The position numbers were made by a program, and so were the translations under genes. A stretch of DNA of 63,993 nt, counting the filler, from Collodictyon triciliatum (Eukaryota): assembly GCA_043381765.1 (NCBI GenBank). It is 3 parts of 3 records of this genome, joined end to end, with 100 filler letters (N's around TTAATTAATTAA, not from the genome) between each part and the next. Parts side by side here need not be neighbours in the genome. Positions count along the whole stretch, not along the records: positions 1 to 23,190 come from JBHJMP010001038.1; positions 23,291 to 38,444 come from JBHJMP010001041.1; 1 more part is not named here. One strand, 5' to 3'. Shown here one piece after another: positions 1 through 23,654 of the stretch; position 1 is the stretch's first letter; the number at the start of each line of letters is the position of its first letter. The notes beneath the pieces were generated by a model. It ran no database searches. It was not told the DNA's origin and saw only the letters and a program-made list of their open reading frames with translations.

Positions 1-98
1 TTCTATTTCTTTTTCTATTTCTTTTTCTATTTCTTTTTCTATTTCTTTTTCTATTTCTTTTTCTATTTCTTTTTCTATTTCTTTTTCTATTTCTTTTT
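1..98. repeat. 12-mer tandem repeat (TTTTTCTATTTC)n
   Basis: Read directly from the sequence. Confidence 0.95.
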
Positions 99-132
99 CC
101 CACTGGGGCTTTATTCATTCATTAATGTTCAG

Positions 133-2610
<2,478 letters not shown>

Positions 2611-2835
2611 AGGAATATTTTTTTCATGTCGAAACAACAGCAAAGCGTTTTGATTTGATTTACCATACTAACCAAAACATGAATGCACCGTGTACACAAT
2701 CTCATCGGCTCCCATCACGTGTGCTACAGACGCCAGACACGATGCCTGATAACGGTGAAGAGGAGGATGCAGGCCACGAATCACAGCAGGTCTGCTAACA
2801 CATTACATCCATGAAGCAACAGGCATTTTATCCCA

Positions 2836-2942
2836 TTTTTCTTTTTCTTTTTCTTTTTCTTTTTCTTTTTCTTTTTCTTTTTCTTTTTCTTTTTCTTTTT
2901 CTTTTTCTTTTTCTTTTTCTTTTTCTTTTTCTTTTTCTTTTC
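2836..2942. repeat. (TTTTTC)n
   Basis: Read directly from the sequence. Confidence 0.95.
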
Positions 2943-3473
2943 ATTACAACAATCGCCGCTTGCTCTTCAATTGTAATACGCACGGAAAAAACAATGATCA
3001 CTCACCCATTCGCTCTCACACATAATTCTATTTTCACACAAACACAATCGCACCCAACCCAGGAAGAAAAGCAGAGTGAGCCGCTTCTGCTGGGCAACTA
3101 AAAGGCACCCGCGCCAGGATTGAAGAAAAAGAGTTGGATGTCCTGTGTGCTCCTGACTTGAAATACGATAAAGATCGACGCCCATTTTTTCTCCTAACCA
3201 TCGTTTCCATCTTCGTCATACACCGCAAGAGACGAACCAGAAAAATGCCTCTTATTGTATACATGTGTTTAAATTATATTATTTTATTGGAAAAGATAAA
3301 AGAGTGGAAAGATAAGGACAAAGCAGACGGCTCCCAGTGTTTGTGTCGAAAATTTTTTTATTTAGGCCGCCGCCTTGCTTGTGCAGAGCGATTCGTATCA
3401 AGGAGGGAGAGCAAGGAAGGGCTGAAAGAGAGTTGCGGGGGTTGCGCCGTGCTTTCTTGCGTTCGCTGTCTCT

Positions 3474-6400
3474 TCACTTCTTGCCAGTCTGGTAATACTG
3501 GAGCAGAAGATAAAAGATGATTTTGTAAATCACAATCATGGCAAACAAGATGATGGCATCGGCCGACCGGTTGTCCTCAGTTATATCAAATGTCTGCTCC
3601 AGGATGTCCTGAAGATGGCGGGTTGCACGTTATTAAGAGTGCCAACGCATATGGTTATCACCACGATTATTTATGTCTTTGTAATTCTCTGCTGTACATG
3701 CTAATCTCTCAATAATTTTTTGTCTTTAAAAATTAAAAGAAGCATGTCTGGAAGCGCCGCAACACACAAAAAAAGAAAGACTCACCTCACCGCTCGCACC
3801 GTTGGTAAAAGTCAATCCTTTGAAGTCATTGTACATGAACCCCTCGAAAGCGTACGTGTGGAACGACATGTAATGGACCCAAATCCAATAGTCTGGGATG
3901 TTTGGCTTAATCACAAAGAACCCGCAGACGAGCATAAACACGCCAAAGACACCTGCAGCACTGGCTATCCCAACAAGAGCCTGCAAAACAAAGAAAAAAA
4001 TGTATATGTATATAAGGATACATAGGTGGAAGAACGAGCTCTTCGTGCGATACTTTGATGTTAATAAATATACCACAATCAAAGAAGCACACCTGAGAAA
4101 CTACGGCGCTGATGGACACGACGATGGATTCTGAAGTGGAAAGAGCCAGGAAGAGATACATTACAAAGTACCAGAATCGCTCTGGGTTGGGATTCAAGTC
4201 GATGAGGAAGTACATGCCAACGGACGTAAAGAAAGCTGCCATGAAGATGAACGGAATCGAAATCACAAAATTGGCCACAACGTAGACCCACACGCGATAT
4301 GCTCCGTTCTGTCTTTCACGTAGGAAAACTTCCTTCTCCTCTAAGACTATGTCCATAGACTCAGCCAAGTAAAGATATTATAAAGAAAAAAAATACCGAC
4401 GGTGGGACGATGTATTCACCGAAAAAAAAAAAAAAAGGGAGCATATCATAGGGGTTAATCTCACATGTTGGGATTGCAGATACAGACATGAAGGTGAGGA
4501 AAGCAACGACAAAGAAAAGGACAGAAACTCTGTCCTGGACAGCAGAATTTGCATAACCGATATCATAATACAGGGAACCCATCACTAGACTACGAAAAAT
4601 TGCATTAATTATATTTTTTGAATGCGTAAAATTTAATTTCTTATATATTGATTTATATATATATATAATACAGTTCTTTCACCACTTTTTATTCTAGCCG
4701 AATGGCCATTACGCGTTCTTAATGAAAATTTTTTTTGCAAATATACAGATACAATATTGTGATATTCTGGAAGGTATATATTTACCCGAGCATTGTGTAT
4801 GCAAACACACGGCTCCAATACATCAAAGGGTTTCTCAATGCAGATAGCAGATTTCGGTAACAAAGGATGTACAACTGGGGAACGGCATGGCTTGCGTAAA
4901 GGTCTTCGTATACAATTGGCATGGTGGCAGTGTCGCGCTGTTTAAATTCTTCGCACAAGGGGGATGTCTTGTATGTTTCTATGATCTTTGGAATATCAAC
5001 CATTCCAAAGTCGCTGACAAAGTCCACATTGATGAGGTCCACTATATATAATGGAAGTAAGGAAGAAGGTGAAAATCAGCCCACTGGAATATCAAAAAAA
5101 TATCAATGAGTTTAGTCAGTCTACAATCAAGCAACCAAACAGAAAATGCATCTAGCGAAATTAAAAATTAACCCACGGAAATGATCTGCGGGGTTTGAAT
5201 ATGGCGGGTTTGGGTACCCAGCTATTTCAAAGAAAGAGAGAGCCTGATGGCAGAAATAATAAGTATACACAACAAGGTTCTCTTTATCTGTTTCAAAGAG
5301 GTAATATATCACATCGAATAAATGTTTTTTGTTCATTTCGAGACAATTCATTTAGAGAAAAAAGTAGATAGGTTGAAATGAGTAAGTGTGCATCGCGAGT
5401 ATTCGGTACATACAGAGCTGGCTGGGCCAAAATAAACTGTCTGACCCACAGACAGAAGGAGCAACTTATCGAATAGCTCAAACATCTCAAAGGAAGGCTG
5501 ATGGATTGTTGTCAAAACAGTGCAATTGAATCTAGTAAATAATTTTATTGAATTTTCGACGGATTTACCAAGGTACAGCGAGATATATAACTATGACATG
5601 TTTTATGAACAAGTTGCCGTTTGTATGGTGCTTAGTTACTTGGTCAAATCCTTAATTTTTTCCATGACGTTGTAGGCAGAGGCTGAATCCAAACCAGTTG
5701 TCGGCTCGTCAAGAAAAATAAGAGCTTCATGTTTTCATATAATGTGGATTTAGCATAAATATATGTTTGTAATTATTACTATTGTGCAACAAGGAAAATA
5801 GATACTGATTGTGGTTATAAAGTTGTGGATTTATTCCCGTATTGTTTCGAACAAGGCATGGTTTACATGGTCGGGAGATCAATTCGACTCCGATGCTTAA
5901 TCGCTTTCGCTGGCCACCCGAAATACCCGGGAATATGCCTCCACCCACGCGAGACCCGCGAATAGACTTCAGACCGAGCTCATCCAGAATGGTGTCCACC
6001 TGAAATAAATTCATTTTCTTAAATTGAGAATACACATAATGTTTTCAATGACAAAAGAAAGCCGAATACATTCTTCGATGATGGATAAATAGGAAAATAG
6101 CTCATAATGGTCGTAAAATAGGTTAACAAAAGAAGAAAAACCTCTGTATGAATTTCGTCCCTCGTCAGGTGTCTAGGTAGACCCAACTTTGCCGCAATTT
6201 TCAATGTTTCCTCGACAGTCAGCGTAGGAAGAAAACAATCGAATTGCTGGACATATGCCGCATAGCGATGAAAGAATCTATGTCACTTGAATCAGACGTG
6301 GGTGGCACGACAATTAACCAAACAGACAAAGACAGACTGATGGAAAGCGAATGAGACTTTTTTTTTGTGATTACTGGTCTCTGGGCTGATTATTAACACG

Positions 6401-6940
6401 AATATCCCCAGAAAGGTGACCAGAGCCAATCTTATCTGCCAAAGCGTCAAGAAATGTTGTTTTCCCACAACCTGTAATTTGATGTATGCAAAGAGAGAGA
6501 GATCATCACTCAATGAGAGTATATAGCTAGTTCCTTCATCCAAAATACGAATTAAAAAAAAATTAAAACAGCATATTAAAATTGAACAGAAAAAGAAAAA
6601 CGGAGGGAGAGAAGCTATGAATACGAACCTGTTGGTCCCATGATTACCAGGCATTCACCTACATGATTATTCAATCATCTTTTAGCTCTCGAGTAATATA
6701 CAAATTAATTGCTAAAAATGATATGGAATTTACTCAAAGTACCCAAGCATTCAGCGAACCTGGTAGAACATCGCCTGAAATGTCGGACAGAATCTGCTTG
6801 CGAACTTTGGCTTTTTGTCCGTCAATCACTTTGGTCTGCTCCACATGAAAGCTGACGTGCTGGAACCGCAAATGCGCACGCGGGACATCCTTCCACTGAC
6901 ATGACGGTGATTCAAACACCACAACATCGCTTGCCGACAT
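3474..6940 (-). CDS. ABCG (White-family) half-transporter, NBD-TMD, canonical catalytic motifs
   Basis: Walker A GPTG|CGKTT (split by an intron), signature [12 protein letters not shown], Walker [15 protein letters not shown]-loop [20 protein letters not shown] and [12 protein letters not shown]. Stop TGA at 3474-3476. Confidence 0.93.
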
Positions 6941-8000
6941 CCTTTACCAGGGTATCCTTTTCCTTTCTTTGTTGATGTGTTTCTTTCTTTCTTCTACTCT
7001 TCTTCCGGTCCAAGCAATAGGCCACCCCTTGCGTGTTGGTTGGCACTGCAACTGTTTGTATCCTTGAGTAATGCAGCCAAGGAAGAGATGAAAGCACATG
7101 CTAGTGAATCCGCGGCGCATAATGCAGGAGGGTGATGAGCCATGCAGATTGGCAGGGCGTCGTCGTGATGCTTTGGGTTTGATAGTGCGCCACTTAAGAA
7201 ACCGATTTGAAACCTGCCTGGAAGGGAACACACAAGAAGGCTATTTTCGGCTAATTTCAACTTCCCGCCTATTGCCTCCCAGTTCGTTTCTGGAAGGTGT
7301 GACGCAACAAATACATTTATTTCATGGAAAATTTACAAGAAAGATAATTTGGCGACTGGTTTATTACCCGTGTGATGGCATTCCACGTCATATTAGCCGT
7401 AATGATGTCATCCCAGGCATCGTCGAAGTTCTTGTTAAGGTATGATAAAGTAGATCACAGAACCAAGCCAGGGCGAGCGCGGAAACTAAAAAATCTACGC
7501 GCAGCGACGGAAGGTTGGTATTTTTCATCGTCGCTATCTCCCTTGATGTCGCTCTTTAAAACAAAAAATAGCTAAAAATAAAGGCTAATTCAATTCTTTG
7601 GTTAAATTCTCTGGCTCCATCATTCCCAAGCCAATCCTGTTGGGGTTTGTTCTCATTAAAATAAGCACGAGCCCGTTCGATTCTTCGCTGAATACATATC
7701 CAATTCCTGCAGTTCCTTCTTATTATTCACTCTGATATAAAAATAATTAGCTTTTTTCCAGTAGCTTTGTAAAGACACCTCTGTCCATCAAGTTGAAGAA
7801 AATCTAAAAAAAAAAAAATTAATAAATTGTTTACTATATAAAAAAAATCAATAACATAGCATGAAAAAAAAACAGTGTCTTTGCTTTTTTTCGAAGAAAA
7901 AGTAAAGGACAGACTCTGAGATGTAACACCTGCTCAACTAATCATATATTAGTTAGTAGAGGAAAGAAGGGAGACAGTTCTCAGCACTTAATCGTTTATC

Positions 8001-11000
8001 ATGTCGGAAAACTTAATTGTAAGTGCTGAAATCACTCCGCCCATATGCATAAACCACACTACGAAATGCACGCAACAAAGGCCTTGTGTACGTTGCGAGC
8101 TTATGGTCAAGAAATCTTTTGTCTGCAGTTAATGTCGCCAGCAGCCCAGCGAATGGTAGATATGCAGCCGAAGTGGCAAGTGTCCAAGAAGATTCGCTTG
8201 GACTTTGTTGATGTTGGATATCGAATCAAAGAGCGCGATGGTTTTCGAGACATTGTGCGGGGTGCCAGCGGCACGGCGCGACCTGGTCTGTCTGCTTCTG
8301 TCCTTTCATTGGATAGGACATACTGCTCCTCTCCAACTCTCATGCAGTCTACATTTGCTTAATTTTCTCACATAACCAACACATCTCATCCTCTTTGTTT
8401 TCTCATCATCATCACGTTCACAATTATAGGAGAAATTTGGCAATCATCGGGCCAAGCGGGTGCGGAAAAACAACTCTCTTAAACACTTTGGCTGGCCGAG
8501 TAATCAAAGGCAAGTTGTTTGCCATCCCGTGGGACATTTTTGTAGAATGAACTTCTGAAATTAGTTATGCTTGATTATATATTCTTCTACGTTTATTTAC
8601 GTGGGGTATGGTTTAAATATGTAATACGAAAATAGATAGGGCCCGCGGTACTGTGCTTGTGAACTATGCAAAACCCGATGCGCAATTTAAGCGCTTGAGT
8701 AGTTATGTGCAACAAGAAGATACAGTCATGAGCATGCTAACCGTGCGAGAGGCACTCAGGTATGCTGCAGACTTCAAACTTCCTGCAGAGACATCGGTGG
8801 CTGAAAAGCACGAGATTGTGAGTCATTCAACAACCCAAGCTGACATTAGAGTAAAAAAGAGATTTGATTTATCCATACTTTAATATCAAAGGTCGAAGAA
8901 ATCATCGACCAGCTCGGTCTGAGTGTGTGCGCTGATACCAAAGTAAACTTCGTTTAATCTCTTCAGAAAACTTTATATCATACCTGATATAAAATTATAC
9001 TATTTGGGTTTATTGCGAGTGTTAAGACACCTGCATATAGGCAGGAAACAGCTTTATTCGAGGTATATCTGGAGGACAGAAGAAAAGGCTTAGCATCGGA
9101 TTAGAGCTTGTTTCCAGGCCAAGTCAGCATCTTATAAGCACAAATCAGATTTAAATTGTAATGGTCAATTAATAAATATTAAACATTACGGGAAAAAAAA
9201 AAACACCATAGGCCTCATCTTCCTCGACTCTCCAACAAACGGATTGGACAGCTCCGCTGCCGTTGGGGTCTTGCGATTGCTAAAATTACTTTGCAAGTCT
9301 GGCTGTACTATTGTAGTGACAATTAATCAGCCACCAACCAAAGTAACTTATCCAACAATTGTAACCAAAGGAATACTATGTATTAGTGTTTACAAGGATG
9401 CAATATTGTCAATTTGCTAAATTATAATATACCAGGTTTATGGCCTTTTCGACTACATCTATATCATGACGGCAGGCGAAACAGCTTACTACGGCCCCAC
9501 TAAAAGAGCAGTTCCCTTCTTCTCTGAAAATGGACTTATATGTCCCATAAACTCTAATCCAGCAGACTTCTTTTGTATGATGATTCATGAAAACATAAAT
9601 TGCTTTACAGTTATCAACCATATCACATGTTTACCAAAGGACTATTATTTCCCAAGCTTACTGGATTTTTTTTAATATAGTCTGCCCTTAAATATAGTAA
9701 TGAAGCTCAACTCTGACTTTGAGGGAGCAGAACATGTTCAACATATTCTGGAGGCTTATAAAAAATCTCAGTGTCTAGCAACTACCATGCAGGAGCTATC
9801 TGAATCGATGGAAAAGTCTAAACAAATTGGTTAGTAATTATTGCGATACATACGCGATGCGTCTCATCTCGCTTTTTATGATAATACTTTACTGATTCTA
9901 GTGTATTGCTTTCATTTGTAGAGGCTCAATCCCAAAAACCTGAACCCAGCGACTCGGACAATTCTACTCCGGATGCTCTTGATGGGCAATATGTTAATGG
10001 ATTTTTATGGCAATTACAAGTCCTTCTGAGACGCAACAACCTAAATGCCATGAGAAACCCAATCAACTATTGGCTGCGTGTAGGGATGTATGGACTTCTT
10101 GGCATAGTCTTGGGATCTCTATATTTTGATATAGGGGAAACGGTGGTATGTTTCGTTTCTTTTTTTTTTTACCAAGAAAAAGAAAGGCTTTGACCTCTTC
10201 GTCATATTTTTTCCCTTTGTAATTAAATTTCTAAAAATAAAACATAAGGTTCGGTCTGATGCATTTTTTCGAACATGAAAGTTTTAATTATTCTTTTATT
10301 CTTGACAAAAAAAATAATTAACATTGTATTTAGAATGGAATACAGGACCGAGTATCCGTATTATTTTTCATTTCTGCATTTTGCAGCTTCATGACTGTTG
10401 CTGCTATCCCAGCATGTTTGTCACCGTAAATAAACTTCTGCTTATATCCTCAAGAAAAATACAAATATTATCGTATTCAAATCGGTGATTAATACATCGA
10501 ACGCTTGTCTAATTATTGTTTTACTAGTTTTGGAAGACCAAGCGATGCTCACAAGAGAAAGGGGAAGTTCTAGCTACGGTGTTTTGGCATACACTATTTC
10601 ACACATGATTACATCAGCACCATGGATTTTCCTTATTTCTGTGGTTTTGTGTGTCCCCACTTACTTTATGGTCGGGCTTCACAGCGGCAGGGACCGCTTC
10701 ATATTCTTTCTCTGTATCGTCTTCTTGGCTTTGTATACAGCTGAATCTCTCGTCATTGCTGTTAGTCCTGTGATTCCAGTTGCCATTGCGGCACTTGCCA
10801 TCGCTTGCGCTGTGCAGGGTCTGTTTATTTTACTGTGCGGATTCTTTGTTATTCCACCAAACATACCAGACTATTGGATATGGCTCTACTACTTGTCATT
10901 CCAGACCTATGCTTTGGAAGGGTAAGTGATATTGGCTTTACCATCAATATGCATTAGAAATTTTGAACGAGTCGTCCTTGTGTTATTTTCATCAAATGAC

Positions 11001-11234
11001 TTCACCTTGTTTATCACACTTAGGCTGCTTTACAACGACCTGGAAGGGCTCAGCTTCAAGGGGAGTATGAGTGGGGTGAATTTTGAAATGCCTGGGCTCA
11101 CAATTTTGAAAGAAAAGTTTGATATTAGCGATGATATGAGGGCTGCAGATTGTGTCATTCTTGTGGGAATGGCGATATTCTATCGATTGCTCTTTGCATT
11201 TATCGTCTATAAGTTCCGAAAGGGAGCAAAGTAA
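8001..11234 (+). CDS. ABCG half-transporter with degenerate Walker B and H-loop; about 12-13 exons
   Basis: ATG at 8001 (MSENLI|LMSP...). Walker A GPSGCGKTT, YVQQED, signature ISGGQKKRLSIG, Walker B LIFLDSPTNGLDS (E>S at 9229-9231), TINQP (H>N at 9325-9327), TMD with RERG and IPDYWIWLYYLSF. Exon phases downstream of Walker A are consistent. Confidence 0.9.
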
Positions 11235-11421
11235 TTTGCTTCTACGCTCTGCCCTCGCTTCTTTTCTTTCGTATCTTTTCCAAGCGATGTGGACTGCAGC
11301 TTTGTGAAGTCGACGTATAATCAAATAAAACGGAAAAAGAAAAGGGCTTTATTTTATAGTCTCGTCGGAAGTTGTTGTCTCCCTAGCAATTTTGCGACAT
11401 GACTCGTAAGAGCGACAAAAG

Positions 11422-12606
11422 TCACACATCAGACAGTTGGATAAGATGCAACGCATCGCAGAAGGATTTGGTCATCCCTTTCAGCCTTCGCAGATTCGTC
11501 CAACAAGGAAGCGTGGTGATTCCCTGGGGAAGTCTTTTTAGCGATACATGCCCGTGGTCCTCGACATAGAATTCTTGCAAGCCTTGCAAGCACGTAAACT
11601 CATCGGGGAGATATTCTACCTAGTTGAATAAACAGAATAGTTAGCTTCAAAGTATCTGCAAAGTTCGATAGCTTAGGCTAGGCTCCTACACTCTCTTTTT
11701 CTTTTCTTATCTTATTTCCCTGCAGGGAATGAATCACTATTATGTGCATCAAATTTATTGCATATGATACGTATTTAATTGTACATGATTCCCGTCGATA
11801 CTGAGACTGGTAATCCCTGTTAATTTGCTAACAGAAGCAGGTAAATGACTCAGTCTGTTTTGGTGTAATTCTAAAACTTTAAGTGAAGATAGCTGAAATA
11901 ACTCATCAGGCAGCTGGGGAATGTGATTATCACCCAAAAAAAAGTCTCGTAGCTTGACAAGGCGCGATACTTCTCCAGGAAGAACACTTATATGGTTACT
12001 AAACAAGCCCAAGTGCAACAATTCTGTCAGTAACAAAACCTGAGGTGGAAACTCTGTCAATCTATTTTGACTTAGATGCAGCGCATTCAAGCGAGAAAAG
12101 CAAGAAACTCCATTCGGTACACTGGACAGAACATTTTGGCTAAGAAAAAGTTGACGGAGGTTTATTAAATGCGAGATACTGTCGGTAAGTTGCCCAATCA
12201 GATTTCCCTCGATATCCAGATACGCCAAGCGAGTAAGCGCTCCAACACCATCTGGGAGAGCAGTCAAACGATTGTGCTTGAGGTGCAGAACACTCAGCTT
12301 GGTTAAGCAAGACAGCTCGGCAGGCAAAGCAGAGACCTCGTTGTGCGATAGATTCAGCCAGTAGAGATTTCTCAGCAAAGACACAGACGCCGGAAAATGG
12401 CTGGTCCCTTTGTTGGAGTAGTCGAGCATCGTGCTGCTGACAAGCTTCCCTCTTTCGCTGTTGTGGCGGCCGCGGATCAGTTTCTCTAGCCTAAGAAGCT
12501 CTTCTACCTTGGCTTGTTCGGCCTCAGCCTCTTCATCAGAGTCCTCAACCACAGATTCTGATGCTCCCTCTGAGTCTGATGCTTCTTTGGAACGAGTGTT
12601 GCCCAT
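11422..12606 (-). CDS. Leucine-rich-repeat protein with putative N-myristoylation site; 2 exons
   Basis: About 10 LxxLxLxxNxLxxLP repeats; N-terminus MGNTRS (MGxxxS). Intron 11784-11620 (GT-AG); last exon VEYLPDEF...QLSDV then TGA. Confidence 0.88.
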
Positions 12607-13135
12607 TCGGCACTGTTGCGGCTGCTTGGGGGGTGTCTGCGGCTGCTGGACTGAAACGGGTGGCCAAATAAAAAGGGTGTTTGGCTGTAAATTTTAGTTT
12701 CCACAATTGTTTTTATTTATTGAATGTTCTGTATGTCACACTTCTGTGTTATCCTTGGCCGTCTTGTTATTGCGGTGGGTTCTGCTGAAGCAAGTGTTTG
12801 TTGCCATAGTCTGCGAAGAGTCCTGCTGGGGCGAAGTCCTTTGTGCCACGGACTTCTGTGCTTGTGATGAGACAGTGTTGAATCCTGTCGAGGGAAAGAT
12901 GTGTATGGAGGGTTGTTCAGAATGAGCAAAAGAGGCCAGCAAAATACGGGCCAAAGCCTGAGACCCGGGCGAAGCAGAATGCCAATTCTCTGTTTTTTCT
13001 TCTTTCGACTTTTTAACATCATTTTATCACTTTATCATATTTTTTTTATCATTTTTTATACGTCAGCCGCCAGAGCACTGTAATATTTCTATTAATTCAT
13101 TTTTGTAAAAATAAAAAATAAAAAAGGTACCCCCG

Positions 13136-21550
<8,415 letters not shown>

Positions 21551-21987
21551 ACCGAAAGAAAGAACTCAGGGCACACGGTATTTTTTTTTTATTATTCACT
21601 GTATTGCATGGATTATCATTCTATATTCACTATGTCTGAAGTTGTATGGAAGCGACTCTAATGCAACTGGTAATAATAAGAACAAATATAACAGATGTAT
21701 CGCCGAACATGTGTCGCAGATGAACCAATCCAAGACTGGCCTGGAAAGGCATTCAAAACAGAGAAAGAAAAGTTGAAGACAAAATAAACTGATGACAAGG
21801 ATCATATACACCCTCTCATACTCTAGAAGAAAGGAGGTGGAAAAAGGGAGGGATTTATGTCGTGAGCTAACGTCGATTAATAAGGAACCTGTGCTAATCT
21901 CGATCTCATGTTATCAAAATGTTTGGAAAAAAAAACATTCGTCGGTGTTCATGCCTTTCGCCTTGCAATGCTCTCATGGTTATGTGT

Positions 21988-21997
21988 TTATTTTATT

Positions 21998-22088
<91 letters not shown>

Positions 22089-22091
22089 TTT
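21988..22091. repeat. (TTTA)n
   Basis: Read directly from the sequence. Confidence 0.95.
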
Positions 22092-23085
22092 TAGTTTGTC
22101 GATTGTTTATCTTATTCTTTGTTTTACCAAGGGCGTATACAACAACGTCGGACTGTAAAAAAAAAATAATAATAATAATGTAAAACCCCTTCCTTCCCTT
22201 GGATCGAATAAAGGGGGGAAAAATTTAAATTATTCTATTATTCTTGCTGTGGGCGGAAAGAGCGTTTGACTTGAGGTGCCGCATTGATACACTTTTGTAT
22301 GCCGAAATGTGGAATGTGCTGCTCAAACGCGACTTCAGTCGCACGCAAATCTAAAATTAATGTAAAATTTGTATTATCTGAAGCTGTATGCACAACATAT
22401 AAGTGTAGTGAGAACTAATTAGGACTAATATATATTAAATATTATATATTCCAGAATTATATAAAAATTTAATGCCATTCCCGTCGAGTGTCTTGTGGCC
22501 AAGATGGCTTGTGTGCAAGAGTGTGGAACAGACAAACCCAAATAATAAAAAAAATTGTATTTACTAAATTACCCGTGGTTATCTAAAAATAGAGTCCAGC
22601 TTCTTCAGCTTCTCTTTGTTTGCCGCAATACAAAGAATAGCCCTAATGTGGAAGAACGACACTTCCCTGCTGGTGGAGCCGTTGGAAATGGATTGTTCCT
22701 CAGCATTCAGGAACGAAGGCTTCCTTCCAACGGCTCCTTCAGAGGGCGAAATAAATTCAAGCTCGTCCCCTTTCCGCCCCACGCTTGAACGCCCCCAGCG
22801 CACAGACACACACACACACACGCTAACCCACAGCGCAAGGGCCTCTGCAACAGCCGGCGACAACGCCCAAATCAGCAGCCCCTTGTCTCAACGACTGGAT
22901 TGCCCTGCCCCCGATCCAAATTGCCCTTAAAATACAGTACAATACATCGCAACGAATCTAAATCGCTCCAGCCATGGCGACGCTGACTCATCACTCAGCC
23001 GAATCAAACCGCGCTGCTACTTCGTCCCCTTCTCCCCCTCCCCTCCTTTATTTCCCCATTCCTGTTGTGAAAAATACGCAACTGT

Positions 23086-23291
23086 GAAAGAAAAAGAAAA
23101 AGAAAAAGAAAAAGAAAAAGAAAAAGAAAAAGAAAAAGAAAAAGAAAAAGAAAAAGAAAAAGAAAGGAGGATTACCCCCTTACAGTCACCNNNNNNNNNN
23201 NNNNNNNNNNNNNNNNNNNNNNNNNNNNNNNNNNTTAATTAATTAANNNNNNNNNNNNNNNNNNNNNNNNNNNNNNNNNNNNNNNNNNNNA

Positions 23292-23382
<91 letters not shown>

Positions 23383-23389
23383 GTATGTG

Positions 23390-23468
<79 letters not shown>

Positions 23469-23486
23469 GTGTGTATGTGTATGTGT
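23086..23486. repeat. (GAAAAA)n and (ATGTGT)n tracts flanking an assembly gap (23191-23290)
   Basis: Read directly from the sequence; the gap contains a TTAATTAATTAA linker. Confidence 0.9.
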
Positions 23487-23654
23487 AAATGATTTAATAT
23501 GATATTGCGATGATGAGCATAACAATATTTTTTTATTTATTAAATTCGAAGAATTAGCATTTTATTATGGTGGGGGACATAATATTTTATTTTTTTTATT
23601 CTTCCTTTCAATTTTGTGCAGGATGGAGTGATGACATAATATGTAATTGACCAA

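Noticed and set aside
22240-22990. Possible minus-strand exons continuing the PB1-ZZ gene, or an in-frame TGA selenoprotein using the hairpin as SECIS
   Set aside because: The frames cannot be joined without assuming errors, no UBA domain is seen, and the hairpin lacks the SECIS AUGA/GA core.
23191-23290. TTAATTAATTAA palindrome inside N-runs (also at 38445-38543)
   Set aside because: It is an artificial six-frame-stop scaffolding linker, not biology, and it makes adjacency across these gaps uncertain.
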